61,259 nt of DNA from a virus (IMGVR_UViG_3300042292_000556:1-61259); one strand, 5' to 3'; shown: positions 7,001-17,032, counted from the stretch's first letter. Notes: generated from the letters alone by a model not told the origin. Made by a program: numbers and translations.

Positions 7001-7755
7001 AAAGTTATAACTTACAAAATTACTTAAGATATAAGAAAGATGTTATTGCTGGGCAACCAATTAATAAAGCATGGAGTGAATATACCAGAGATGAATTGAT
7101 TAACAAGTTTTTACCATTAGTTGAAAACATATCTAGAAAATTTTCTACGTCACAACAAGCAGCAGGTGTAATGGATATTACAGATCTAATACAAGAAGGA
7201 AGTTATGGATTAATACAAGCAGTCAATAGATTAGACTGGACACAATTAAACGATTCTAAGGACATAGAAAAAACATTAAAGTCATTCTTATCAAAAAGAA
7301 TTAAAGGCTCAATTAGAAGAGCGTTAGACATCAATAGAGGTAATATAAAGCTGCCAGAACATAAATTAATTGAGATCAGAAAAGATAATGGCCAGAATAA
7401 AGAAATGGTTGCAATGTTTTTTAATTCTATATTCTTAAGCATTGACGAACAGCTTAATGATGAAGACGAAGAGAATATGTTATACCAAGTTAAAGATGAA
7501 TCTGAACCGTATAATATATGTATTATGAATGCTTATCTCACTTCATTATTAAAAAGACATTTGAATCAAGAAGAATACGATGTGTTAAGATTAAGTTACG
7601 GTTTAGATTGTGATAAACATTCCGCTGTAGCAATTGCAGAGAAGTTAAACTTCCAAGGTAAAAGTTCTTACGTACGAGTTTACGAATTAAAAAAGCAAGC
7701 AATAGCTAAATTAATTAATAACGTTGATTCCTCACAAGTGCTTGATTTTCTTTAA
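6997..7755 (+). CDS. Phage RNA polymerase sigma-70-family factor
   Basis: Region 2 (LPLVENISRKF...DLIQEGSYGLIQAVNRLD) and region 4 (EYDVLRLSYGL...IAEKL...RVYELKKQAIAKL). Confidence 0.9.
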   Translation: MKSYNLQNYLRYKKDVIAGQPINKAWSEYTRDELINKFLPLVENISRKFSTSQQAAGVMDITDLIQEGSYGLIQAVNRLDWTQLNDSKDIEKTLKSFLSKRIKGSIRRALDINRGNIKLPEHKLIEIRKDNGQNKEMVAMFFNSIFLSIDEQLNDEDEENMLYQVKDESEPYNICIMNAYLTSLLKRHLNQEEYDVLRLSYGLDCDKHSAVAIAEKLNFQGKSSYVRVYELKKQAIAKLINNVDSSQVLDFL

Positions 7756-7791
7756 GTTAAATTCAATAAATGACTAAAAAATAATAAAAAT

Positions 7792-7798
7792 ACGTAAT
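7792..7798 (+). promoter_or_regulatory. Candidate middle/late promoter core ACGTAAT
   Basis: Intergenic, 37 nt before the ERF start; same spacing at 49119 and 53359. Confidence 0.55.
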
Positions 7799-7835
7799 TA
7801 TATTAATAAGAACATTAACAATTAAATCAAATTAT

Positions 7836-8399
7836 ATGGCAACAAAAACGAATGAAAAAGAGTTAACACTAAATGAAAAGTTAGCCACAATACAAACCAA
7901 GTTTAAATCTAAGAAGTCTAGGTTTAATTCTTTTGGTAAGTATAATTTTAGATCTGCTGAAGATATATTAGAAGCAATCAAACCGTATTTATGGGAACTT
8001 AATGTTTCGGTTGTAGTGACTGAAAGACTTTTAACAGATCATGGTTCAGCTTTTCCTATTATGGAAACTACAGCAATCATATCTGATAACTTAAGTAATA
8101 TTACAGCAACAGCAATTGTAGGAGTTGACTTAGAACAAAAAGGTATGCAGATGCCTCAGAAGTTTGGATCAGCATCAAGTTATGGTAAAAAGTATGCACT
8201 TGGTAATCTATTATTAATTGATGATACTCAAGATGCAGATGCTACAAATAATCATGATACTAAAAAGCCTGCAACAACTAAACCAAAATTAGAAGGTGAA
8301 GCTTTAGTTAAAGCAAAAGAATATTTAGAGAAAGGTGGTAGCTTAGATGCTATTAAAACTAAATATGATGTATCACCTGAAATCTTAGCAACTTTATGA
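7836..8399 (+). CDS. ERF-family ssDNA annealing protein
   Basis: FGKYNFRSAEDILEAIKP and Q.FGSASSYGKKYAL..LLLIDD..DAD motifs. Confidence 0.85.
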   Translation: MATKTNEKELTLNEKLATIQTKFKSKKSRFNSFGKYNFRSAEDILEAIKPYLWELNVSVVVTERLLTDHGSAFPIMETTAIISDNLSNITATAIVGVDLEQKGMQMPQKFGSASSYGKKYALGNLLLIDDTQDADATNNHDTKKPATTKPKLEGEALVKAKEYLEKGGSLDAIKTKYDVSPEILATL

Positions 8400-9136
8400 C
8401 AGAAAAAGAAATCAAAGCAGCATTAAAAAGATTGGATAACGACGAAGATTATTATGGAGAGTTTGGTAAACAATTCTTATCAAATTCAAACATAAGATCT
8501 TTGTTGAAGGATCCATTATCTTTTAATCAACCAATTACAAACAATCCTAATTTAATAATAGGTAGTTACTTCCATACATTAATACTTGAACCTGATAAAC
8601 TGGAACGTATAAAAATTATCGATGCATCCACTAGAAATACCACAAAGTATAAAGAATTGTCTGAAGGTGAAATGTGTTTGTTACAACACGAAGCAGATAG
8701 TATACAGTTATTAAGAGATACCGTTATGGAAAACAAAATAGCACGTGATCTTATACAAGACATTGATGTTGAATATGAAGTACCTGGTATATTAGAACTA
8801 AGTGGCGAATGGTGGAAATTAAAAGCAGATATTAAAAATAATACGCAATCATTAGTAGTAGATCTTAAAACAACTTCTGATATTGATAAGTTTAGATATT
8901 CAGCAAAAGAATATAATTATGACAGTCAAGCATATATTTATTCTACATATTTTAATATGGACATGGTATTTATAGCTGTTGATAAGAAGTCAAGAAAGAT
9001 TGGTATTTACGATTGTTCACCACAATTTTTAGAATCAGGTAAAGACAAAGTAGAACGAGCAGTGGAAGCTTACAGATTATTCCACAAAACAGAGAATTTT
9101 GATATTAAAAATTATTGTATAACCGAAACCCTTTAA
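8396..9136 (+). CDS. PD-(D/E)xK exonuclease (RecE/ExoVIII-like)
   Basis: LSNS.I, GS.FH..ILEP, K.KAD...VVDLKTT and Y.YD.QAY.Y motifs; adjacent to ERF. Confidence 0.85.
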   Translation: MTEKEIKAALKRLDNDEDYYGEFGKQFLSNSNIRSLLKDPLSFNQPITNNPNLIIGSYFHTLILEPDKLERIKIIDASTRNTTKYKELSEGEMCLLQHEADSIQLLRDTVMENKIARDLIQDIDVEYEVPGILELSGEWWKLKADIKNNTQSLVVDLKTTSDIDKFRYSAKEYNYDSQAYIYSTYFNMDMVFIAVDKKSRKIGIYDCSPQFLESGKDKVERAVEAYRLFHKTENFDIKNYCITETL

Positions 9137-9140
9137 AACC

Positions 9141-9347
9141 ATGAAAAAAGTAATCTTAACATTAGCAACAGTAACAACGTTATTAGTATCTTGTAATGAC
9201 AAGAAAACAGAAGCAGCACCAGCAACAGACACGGTCAAAGCAGCTGATTCAATGAGTACAGATTCTACAACAATAGATTCAACACAAATCGATTGTTCTT
9301 GCTGCTGCTGCTACACAACAAAAGTAGATACAACAAAAACAAAATAA
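9141..9347 (+). CDS. Small lipoprotein (candidate superinfection-exclusion protein)
   Basis: Signal peptide with lipobox LVSC, then D/S/T-rich tail. Confidence 0.65.
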   Translation: MKKVILTLATVTTLLVSCNDKKTEAAPATDTVKAADSMSTDSTTIDSTQIDCSCCCCYTTKVDTTKTK

Positions 9348-9374
9348 TTATTAATTAATAAACAATTAAATCTT

Positions 9375-9689
9375 ATGGCTAGTATAATAAAAGCAAGCAT
9401 CAACTTAAATGAAATTCCAAAACACAAGATTATCGATGGTAAGAAAGGTAAATACTTACCCATTACAATTACATTAAACAATGAACCAGATCAATTTGGT
9501 AATCAAGGACCAATGATTGTAGAACAATCAAAAGAAGAAAGAGAAAGTAAAGCACCAAAGATTTACTTAGGTAATGTAAAAATTGTATGGACAGATGGTA
9601 CTAATGTTGCAGCAGCACCAAGAACAGACGCTGGTCCTTCACAACAATATGCACCACCATCAGCACCAGAAGATGATTTACCATTTTAA
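9375..9689 (+). CDS. Single-stranded DNA-binding protein (Bacteroidota phage type)
   Basis: Located in the recombination module; acidic C-terminal tail EDDLPF. Confidence 0.65.
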   Translation: MASIIKASINLNEIPKHKIIDGKKGKYLPITITLNNEPDQFGNQGPMIVEQSKEERESKAPKIYLGNVKIVWTDGTNVAAAPRTDAGPSQQYAPPSAPEDDLPF

Positions 9690-9741
9690 GGTTATAGCCT
9701 TAAAATAAAATTAAACTTTAAGGTTATAGCCTTAAAATAAA
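9685..9741. repeat. Tandem pair of 25-bp quasi-palindromes
   Basis: TTTAAGGTTATAGCCTTAAAATAAA at 9685-9709 and 9717-9741. Confidence 0.9.
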
Positions 9742-9746
9742 TAGTT

Positions 9747-9769
9747 AAGCCCCACAAGTTGGGGTTTTT
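9747..9769 (+). terminator. Intrinsic terminator
   Basis: AAGCCCC-ACAAGTT-GGGGTTT followed by T run. Confidence 0.7.
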
Positions 9770-9804
9770 CTATCTATAATTATTAACAATCAAATCAATC
9801 TATT

Positions 9805-10155
9805 ATGGAAACAAAAAATTGTAGTAAATGTAAAGAATTAAAACCTTTAAAAAACTATGCAAAAAATAGAAATAAAAAAGGAGAACAATTCCATAGAGCT
9901 ATGTGCAATACCTGTAGAAATAACAGAATGAAAACTGGTTATTATTATATTTATTATTTACCTAATGAAAATTATTGTGGGATTACTGACTATTTAGAAA
10001 AGCGTATTTCTACTCATAAAAAAAATGGCAAAAATGTTGATAACTATAAATTATTATATTGCTCTAGTAATAAAAAAGAAGCAGCATATCATGAAATATT
10101 GTTTCAATCTGTTTTAGCGATGGAAGGATTACCAATGACTATGTTTAGAAACTAA
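9805..10155 (+). CDS. Zn-ribbon plus GIY-YIG-like endonuclease
   Basis: CSKC...CNTC, then YYIYYL...YCGIT..LEKR...H. Confidence 0.65.
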   Translation: METKNCSKCKELKPLKNYAKNRNKKGEQFHRAMCNTCRNNRMKTGYYYIYYLPNENYCGITDYLEKRISTHKKNGKNVDNYKLLYCSSNKKEAAYHEILFQSVLAMEGLPMTMFRN

Positions 10156-10171
10156 TTAAATAAAATAATAT

Positions 10172-11905
10172 ATGAATATACAAACAAGCGAAATTAATGG
10201 TTTCTTAATAGATACATTTAATATATATAAATTAGACGAAGGCAAGACTAGTGGTGTTTGTCCGTTGTGTTCACCTGATAGAAAGCCTAAAAATGAAAAA
10301 GCAAAATGCGCTTCTTATGATTGGGAAAGAGGTATTGGTACTTGTCATAACTGTTCTAAAACATTTCAACTTCATACTTACCAACGCAAAGGTAAAAGCG
10401 AAAAAGTATATGTTAAACCAGAGAGAGATGCAGTTATTGATTCTGGATTAGAATATCCATACAATGAAAAAGTATTAAAATGGTTTAATGATCGAGGTAT
10501 ATCACAAACAACATTACAAGAATTAAGAATATCAGAGGGTAAAGAATTTATGCCTCAAACTGGCAAAACTGAAAATGCTATACATTTTAATTACTTTGTT
10601 GGCGATCAATTAATAAACATAAAATACCGCGATGGCAAAAAGAATTTTAAGCTATATAAAGGTGCTGAAAAAGTATTTTACAATATTAATAGTATTGTTG
10701 GTTTTGAGTACTGCGTTATTGTTGAAGGTGAAATGGACGTTCTTGCATTACATGAAGCAGGAATCACTAATGCAATATCTGTTCCAAATGGTGCAACATT
10801 AGGTACAAACAATCTTGAGTACTTAGATAATTGTATTGATTATTTTGATGACAAAGAAAGAATCATTATTGCGGTTGATTCTGATCCAGCTGGTCAAGCA
10901 TTACAAACAGAGTTAGTCAGAAGATTAGGCTCTGAAGTTTGTTATATCGCATCCTTTGAAGATTGCAAAGATGCAAATGAATATTTACTTAAATACGGTC
11001 CTGAAGCTCTATCACAAAGAATTTCAAGATCTAAACCTGTTCCTTTAGAAAATGTTACAACTTTTAGAGATATTGAAGATGAGGTTACGGACTTTGTTCG
11101 AAACGGATTCAAACCTGGTTTCCAAGTTGGTTTGGATAATTTTGATAATATTTTTTCTACGTACACTGGTCAATTCATTACTGTTACCGGTATACCGTCT
11201 TCTGGTAAGTCTGATTTCGTAGATCAAATGGTTATTGGGTATAATGAAAAGTATGGTTGGAAAACAGCTTATGCTTCACCTGAAAATACCCCAACATATT
11301 TGCATGCTCATAAGTTAATGCGTAAAACATGGCAAGGCATGCCAACAGTAGCAGATATTAATTCTGATAGATGGAATCAAGTAGCTGATCATGTTAATGA
11401 TAATTACTTTTTTATTGATATGGAGCGTTATACATTAGATTCAGTCCTTAGAAAAGGAGCAGAGCTTGTTAAACGCAAAGGAATCAAATGTTTAGTTATT
11501 GATCCATTTAATAAAGTAAGAGATAATGATGCCTCTGGTGATGTTAATGTCTACACATTGGAATACTTAAGTAAGATTGAAATCTTTGCTAAGAAGTATG
11601 ATGTATTAGTTATGGTAGTAGCTCACCCTACAAAAATGTATAAAGATTCAAAAGGTAATATTGAAGAACCTACTATGTATAATATTAAAGGTGGTGGTGA
11701 ATGGTATGATGCTTCTTATCATGGTTTATTAGTTCATAGAAACTACGAAGATAAAACTGTTAAGGTTAAAGTATTAAAATGTAAGTTCCAAAATCTTGGA
11801 GAGAATGGTGCAGAATGTCATTTCAAATGGGATCCAGCTTCAGGTTGTTTTATTCCTCATATACCAATAGATACTTCTAACGATAAATTACCATGGGAGA
11901 TTTAA
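10172..11905 (+). CDS. Primase-helicase (T7 gp4/Twinkle-like)
   Basis: Zn finger CPLC...CHNC, TOPRIM VEGEMD and DSD, Walker A GIPSSGKS, LVIDP, VAHP. Confidence 0.93.
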   Translation: MNIQTSEINGFLIDTFNIYKLDEGKTSGVCPLCSPDRKPKNEKAKCASYDWERGIGTCHNCSKTFQLHTYQRKGKSEKVYVKPERDAVIDSGLEYPYNEKVLKWFNDRGISQTTLQELRISEGKEFMPQTGKTENAIHFNYFVGDQLINIKYRDGKKNFKLYKGAEKVFYNINSIVGFEYCVIVEGEMDVLALHEAGITNAISVPNGATLGTNNLEYLDNCIDYFDDKERIIIAVDSDPAGQALQTELVRRLGSEVCYIASFEDCKDANEYLLKYGPEALSQRISRSKPVPLENVTTFRDIEDEVTDFVRNGFKPGFQVGLDNFDNIFSTYTGQFITVTGIPSSGKSDFVDQMVIGYNEKYGWKTAYASPENTPTYLHAHKLMRKTWQGMPTVADINSDRWNQVADHVNDNYFFIDMERYTLDSVLRKGAELVKRKGIKCLVIDPFNKVRDNDASGDVNVYTLEYLSKIEIFAKKYDVLVMVVAHPTKMYKDSKGNIEEPTMYNIKGGGEWYDASYHGLLVHRNYEDKTVKVKVLKCKFQNLGENGAECHFKWDPASGCFIPHIPIDTSNDKLPWEI

Positions 11906-11908
11906 TAT

Positions 11909-12250
11909 ATGGGTAGTGGATTTAAAAAAGAAACTGTTGACATGGGTAATTATGCAGCCAATGACAGAGAACAAGCAGCTAAAGATTGGTGTATGAAAAA
12001 TAAAATATATGTTTCACCAACAGCAAAGAATGCATCAGAATGGTATCTTACTATAATAAATAATGGCAAAGAAACACAAAGCCCATTAACTTATAAGAAA
12101 GTAGAAATATGGAAAGAACTTTTTAAATTCTATACTTATTATTATGATAAATACAGTGGAGTTGAAGTAATTAAAAAGGTAGAACCTAAAAAAGTTATTA
12201 AAGAAGAAATTGAAAAACCTAAACAAATAATTAACTATGAACTATTCTAA
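11909..12250 (+). CDS. Hypothetical protein
   Basis: 113-aa ORF in the replication operon. Confidence 0.75.
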   Translation: MGSGFKKETVDMGNYAANDREQAAKDWCMKNKIYVSPTAKNASEWYLTIINNGKETQSPLTYKKVEIWKELFKFYTYYYDKYSGVEVIKKVEPKKVIKEEIEKPKQIINYELF

Positions 12251-13022
12251 TATAACACAACAGTATGAAGAACAATATCGAGATTTATTGCAAGAATGCC
12301 TTATTAGAGGCGTTACAAGAGCTGACAGGACTGGAGTTGGTAGTAGATCAATATTTAATGCTAGTTTAAAGATTGATGTTTCAAAACGATTTCCTATTAT
12401 AACTGGTAGAAAAATGTTTCAAAAAACATTTGATACAGAATTTGAATGGTTTATGAATGGTGAAACTAATATAAAACGTTTTAAAAATGCCGGCGTAAAG
12501 ATATGGGATGCTTGGGCAGATGAGAATGGTGATCTTGGTCCTGTATATGGTTATCAAATGAGAAACTTTAATAATCAAGGTATTGATCAAATGAAAAACG
12601 TTATTAAAAGTTTAATAATGGAACCAGATAGCAGAAGACATATTATTAGTCTATGGAATCCAGCACAAATTAAAGATATGAAATTGCCACCATGTTATTT
12701 ATATTTTCAATTCTTTGTAGAAGATGGTAAACTTAATATGTTTGTGTTACAAAGATCAGGTGATTTATTTTTAGGAATTCCGTATGATGTAGCATTGTTT
12801 ACAGAAGTACTTTTATATGTAAGTACATTAACGGAATACAAACCAAATTTATTAGAGATACAGATAATTGATGCACATATTTATAATAATCAAATAGAGT
12901 CTGTTAACAAATATTTGCAACAACCAATGTTTGCATTACCAACTTACGAATATAGATTAAATGAATTAAAACTAATTAATTATAATCACGGTCCTGTAAT
13001 TACAGCAAAAATAGCCGTTTAA
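12237..13022 (+). CDS. thyA: Thymidylate synthase
   Basis: DRTGVG, GDLGPVYGYQ.R, PDSRR, LPPC, QRSGD.FLG.PY, DAHIY. Confidence 0.96.
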   Translation: MNYSNITQQYEEQYRDLLQECLIRGVTRADRTGVGSRSIFNASLKIDVSKRFPIITGRKMFQKTFDTEFEWFMNGETNIKRFKNAGVKIWDAWADENGDLGPVYGYQMRNFNNQGIDQMKNVIKSLIMEPDSRRHIISLWNPAQIKDMKLPPCYLYFQFFVEDGKLNMFVLQRSGDLFLGIPYDVALFTEVLLYVSTLTEYKPNLLEIQIIDAHIYNNQIESVNKYLQQPMFALPTYEYRLNELKLINYNHGPVITAKIAV

Positions 13023-13031
13023 ATCAAATTT

Positions 13032-13913
13032 ATGTATTATATTTATCATATTCCGACTAAAAAAATAGGAGTTACACGTAATCTTAATAAGAGAGTAACT
13101 ATAGCACAAGGCTATAAGATTGGAGAATATGAAGTTCTGGAATCATCTGAAGATATAGATTATATATCAAGAAGAGAGTCAGAGCTTCAACGTTTATACG
13201 GCTACAAAGTAGATCGAGATTCTTATAAAAAAGTAATTAATAAACCTAAAAAATCAAATCAAATGAAATTAAACGTAACAGATCAAACAACAACATTCCC
13301 TTGTCCAATAAATAAATTAAAGGGACAGCTATTAGATGCAATAGGATTAACTTTTGAAACACCATTTGGTAATTATTTATTAAACAAAGAACTAATTGAT
13401 TGGATCATGTCTAATGCAAAAGTTTCAATGTTTAATCCTAACCGATGCTTTATATATAACAAAGCCTTACATGAGGCCATAGCAGTTAATTTTAATCCTA
13501 TTAAGCATATAGACGAAGCATTAAAAGGTGTTTCAAAAGTTGAACAACCAAATGTATACGATTTAATAAGAGAATGGGCTGATGAACGCGGATTATATAG
13601 AAACGGCGATACAAAAACACAATTTGCTAAATTACAAGAAGAAGCGGGCGAATTAGCAAGAGCAATACTTAAAAATGATAGAGAAGAATTTATAGATGCT
13701 ATTGGTGATATGATGGTCGTATTAACAAACTTAGCTGCATTAGAAGGATTGAAAGTAGAAGATTGTGTTGTATCAGCATATACTATTATTAAAAACCGTA
13801 CAGGTAAAATGATCAATGGTTCTTTTGTTAAAGATAATGAATCAAAAACATATAATTCAAATGAAATAAGAATGAATCCATATCCAGGTGTAACCATTAA
13901 AACAACTTTATAA
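13032..13913 (+). CDS. MazG-like NTP pyrophosphohydrolase with N-terminal GIY-YIG-like segment
   Basis: C-terminal KLQEEAGELA...DAIGD MazG motif; N-terminal YYIYHIP..KIGVT.NL..R. Confidence 0.8.
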   Translation: MYYIYHIPTKKIGVTRNLNKRVTIAQGYKIGEYEVLESSEDIDYISRRESELQRLYGYKVDRDSYKKVINKPKKSNQMKLNVTDQTTTFPCPINKLKGQLLDAIGLTFETPFGNYLLNKELIDWIMSNAKVSMFNPNRCFIYNKALHEAIAVNFNPIKHIDEALKGVSKVEQPNVYDLIREWADERGLYRNGDTKTQFAKLQEEAGELARAILKNDREEFIDAIGDMMVVLTNLAALEGLKVEDCVVSAYTIIKNRTGKMINGSFVKDNESKTYNSNEIRMNPYPGVTIKTTL

Positions 13914-13914
13914 T

Positions 13915-14169
13915 ATGACAGAAAAAAGTATTAAGTTTCGAGACCCAGTAGTTGAAAGAGTAGTAGACAAATTCATTTCAAGATCTGATGTAGGCTTTAA
14001 AAAATATGGCGTTACAATGGATCAAGATCAATCAAGAATATTTGAATGGCTTAATCATTTACAAGAAGAATTAATGGATGCTATTTTGTATTTACAAAAA
14101 GCTAAAGAAGTTTATTCAGAAGATCTTATGGATGCTGTAGTAAGAAGAATTGAAAAGAATGCGGACTAG
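13915..14169 (+). CDS. Small helical protein, possibly all-alpha NTP pyrophosphatase fold
   Basis: RS.VG..KYG.TMD...WL.HLQEELMDAILYL. Confidence 0.6.
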   Translation: MTEKSIKFRDPVVERVVDKFISRSDVGFKKYGVTMDQDQSRIFEWLNHLQEELMDAILYLQKAKEVYSEDLMDAVVRRIEKNAD

Positions 14170-14602
14170 TAAAAAAAAGGGACCTGTAGTATCAAAGAAA
14201 GTGATGTACGACGGCGTCACTTTCGCTTCAGGACTTGAGAAGTATATGTACAAAGCATTAAAAGATGCTGGTATAAAATTTCATTATGAGTATAAAACTT
14301 ATGAACTCCTACCTGCTTTTAATTTTGATAATGATTGTTTTGAAAGACAATCTAATAGTAAAGGTGATTTTATAAATAGAGGTAATAAGAAAGTACTTAA
14401 TCTGAAATATACACCAGACTTTGAAGGTGAAACTTTTATTATTGAAACCAAAGGTAGAGCTAATGATTCATTTCCATTAAGATGGAAAATGTTTAAAAAA
14501 CACATGAAAGATAATGGCGACACAAGAACTTTATATAAACCCCAAAAAAATTCTGAATGCGACGAGACAGTGCGATTAATTCTTTTGAAGCAAAAAGAAT
14601 AG
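14150..14602 (+). CDS. Holliday-junction resolvase, T7 endonuclease I-like
   Basis: FASGLE...L...F.YE, YTPDF and IIETKG motifs. Confidence 0.8.
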   Translation: MKRMRTSKKKGPVVSKKVMYDGVTFASGLEKYMYKALKDAGIKFHYEYKTYELLPAFNFDNDCFERQSNSKGDFINRGNKKVLNLKYTPDFEGETFIIETKGRANDSFPLRWKMFKKHMKDNGDTRTLYKPQKNSECDETVRLILLKQKE

Positions 14603-14727
14603 CTAGACAAAAATATGCAGAAAGACATATTGAAAAATGGTATATGTGGTCATTTGAAACATTTGGGAAAATAAGATATAAAGAACTTATGAAAACAATA
14701 GACGCATTTACATTAACTAATCCTTAA
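14557..14727 (+). CDS. Small hypothetical protein (56 aa)
   Basis: Manual ORF MRRDSAINSFEAKRIARQKYAER... Confidence 0.5.
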   Translation: MRRDSAINSFEAKRIARQKYAERHIEKWYMWSFETFGKIRYKELMKTIDAFTLTNP

Positions 14728-14737
14728 AAATAATATT

Positions 14738-14896
14738 ATGACTTACAATGAAGATCCAAGATCTACACAATGGACACTTGAAATAGGGTTCTATCCAGGC
14801 TTATTATTTGGATATAGAGTTTATGAATATGATGATGCACTATTACACGTATTATATATACCATTTATAGATATATCACTTGAGATAAGTAAATAA
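14738..14896 (+). CDS. Small hypothetical protein (52 aa)
   Basis: Manual ORF ...WTLEIGFYPGLLFGYR...HVLYIPFID. Confidence 0.65.
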   Translation: MTYNEDPRSTQWTLEIGFYPGLLFGYRVYEYDDALLHVLYIPFIDISLEISK

Positions 14897-14916
14897 TAAT
14901 AATTAAAACTAAAACA

Positions 14917-15162
14917 ATGAAAGAAAACGAGTTAATCGGAATGAGGAACAAAATAGAATCACTTACTAATATTGTAAAGTATATATTGGAAGAGGTTCAA
15001 AACATTAAGACTTTAGCATCTGGTACATTTGAAACAGTTAGATTTATGCCAGACTATGAAGAAGCTGTACAAAAGCTAGCTGAGAAAGTTAAAGCCGCAG
15101 CAGCAGGAAATATTGAAGTTAAAGACGAAGAAATAGTAACCCCTAAATTAGAGATAGATTAA
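14917..15162 (+). CDS. Hypothetical coiled-coil protein
   Basis: 81-aa ORF. Confidence 0.75.
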   Translation: MKENELIGMRNKIESLTNIVKYILEEVQNIKTLASGTFETVRFMPDYEEAVQKLAEKVKAAAAGNIEVKDEEIVTPKLEID

Positions 15163-15163
15163 T

Positions 15164-17032
15164 ATGAGTTTAAGCCTAGACAAACAAATTTTAAGTGATA
15201 TTACCGTATACACAAAGTATGCAAAGTACGTGCCATCAAAAGAACGAAGAGAGACGTGGGATGAATTAGTAACCAGGAATATGGAAATGCACATTACCAA
15301 ATTTCCGCATTTAAAAGAATCAATTGAACAAATTTATAAGAACTTTGTATTTAATAAAAAAGTATTGCCTTCAATGCGAAGTCTACAATTTGGTGGTAAA
15401 GCTGTTGAACTTAATAATGCTCGCATTTATAATTGCGCTTTTCTGCCTATTGATAATATCCGCAGTTTTTCTGAAACTATGTTTTTACTTTTGGGAGGAA
15501 CTGGTGTGGGCTATTCGGTACAGAATCACAACATTGATAAATTACCTGAAATAAGAAAACCAAACTACGATCGTAAGAAACGTTATGTTGTGCAGGATAG
15601 TATTATTGGTTGGGCGGATGCAATCAAAACATTGTTTAAATCATACACTGGAGAATTAACTTCGCATATTGAATTTGATCTTTCTGATATTAGACAAAAA
15701 GGCGCATTGCTTGTAACAGCAGGAGGTAAAGCGCCAGGACCAGAACCATTAAGATTAGCATTGGTTAAGATTGAAGCTATCCTTCGTGAAAAAGAAGATA
15801 GATCTAAATTAACAGATATTGAATGCCACGATATTCAGTGTCATATTGCCGATGCAGTTTTAGCAGGCGGAATTAGAAGAGCAGCAATGATTTCATTATT
15901 TGACTTAGATAGTAATGCAATGTTAAATTGTAAAGCTGGTAGTTGGTGGGAAAACAATTCTCAAAGAGGTAGAGCTAATAACTCTGTTGTTTTAGTACGC
16001 CATAAGATTGACAAGAAAACATTTGATAAAGTATGGGAACGTATTGAAGCATCTGGATCAGGAGAGCCTGGAATATATCTTACTAATGATAAAGATTGGG
16101 GCACTAATCCTTGTTGCGAGATTGCTTTACGACCATATCAATTCTGTAACTTAACAGAAATTAATATGTCTAATATTGAAAATCAAGAAGACTTCAATGC
16201 TAGATCATCAGCTGCCGCATTTTTAGGAACATTACAAGCAGCATATTCAGACTTCCATTATCTTCGTGATATATGGAGAAAGAACACAGAAAAAGATGCA
16301 CTATTAGGTGTATCAATGACAGGTATTGCATCAGAATCAAATTTAAAATTAAACTATGAAGAAGCTGCTAACGTGGTTAAAGCGACTAATGTCGAAACCG
16401 CAAATCTTTTGGGTATTAACCCTGCTGCTCGTACCACCGCTGTTAAACCTGCCGGAACTACCAGTTTGGTTCTTGGGACTTCTTCTGGGATACACGCTTG
16501 GCATAATGATTACTACATACGCAGAATGCGATTAGGTAAGAATGAAGCAATATATACTTATCTTGCAATAAATCATCCAGAACTGTTAGAAGATGAATAT
16601 TTTAATCCAACATTACAAGCAGTAATTTCTGTGCCTCAGAAAGCACCAGAAGGAGCTATAACAAGATATGAATCTACATTAGATGCACTTGAAAGAGTAA
16701 AGCTAATATCTAAAGATTGGGTTAAGCCTGGACATATTAAAGGTAATAACACTCACAATGTATCTTGCACAGTTTCTGTTAGAGATGATGAATGGAAAAT
16801 TGTAGGTGAATGGATGTGGGCAAATAAAGATTACTATAATGGATTATCTGTTTTACCATATAACGGTGGAACATACAAACAAACTCCATTTGAAGATTGT
16901 ACTAAAGAAGTCTATGAACAAATGATGTCTACATTAAAAGATGTTGATCTATCAAAAGTAATAGAGATACAAGACAACACTAACTTTGCTGATTCAGCAG
17001 CTTGTGGAGGAGGTAATTGTGAAGTTGTATAG
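15164..17032 (+). CDS. nrdJ: Class II (B12-dependent) ribonucleotide reductase
   Basis: RRETW, LPSMR, YNCAF, GTGVG, TNPCCEI, FCNL, TTAVKPAGT, C-terminal CGGGNC; no beta-subunit gene. Confidence 0.92.
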   Translation: MSLSLDKQILSDITVYTKYAKYVPSKERRETWDELVTRNMEMHITKFPHLKESIEQIYKNFVFNKKVLPSMRSLQFGGKAVELNNARIYNCAFLPIDNIRSFSETMFLLLGGTGVGYSVQNHNIDKLPEIRKPNYDRKKRYVVQDSIIGWADAIKTLFKSYTGELTSHIEFDLSDIRQKGALLVTAGGKAPGPEPLRLALVKIEAILREKEDRSKLTDIECHDIQCHIADAVLAGGIRRAAMISLFDLDSNAMLNCKAGSWWENNSQRGRANNSVVLVRHKIDKKTFDKVWERIEASGSGEPGIYLTNDKDWGTNPCCEIALRPYQFCNLTEINMSNIENQEDFNARSSAAAFLGTLQAAYSDFHYLRDIWRKNTEKDALLGVSMTGIASESNLKLNYEEAANVVKATNVETANLLGINPAARTTAVKPAGTTSLVLGTSSGIHAWHNDYYIRRMRLGKNEAIYTYLAINHPELLEDEYFNPTLQAVISVPQKAPEGAITRYESTLDALERVKLISKDWVKPGHIKGNNTHNVSCTVSVRDDEWKIVGEWMWANKDYYNGLSVLPYNGGTYKQTPFEDCTKEVYEQMMSTLKDVDLSKVIEIQDNTNFADSAACGGGNCEVV

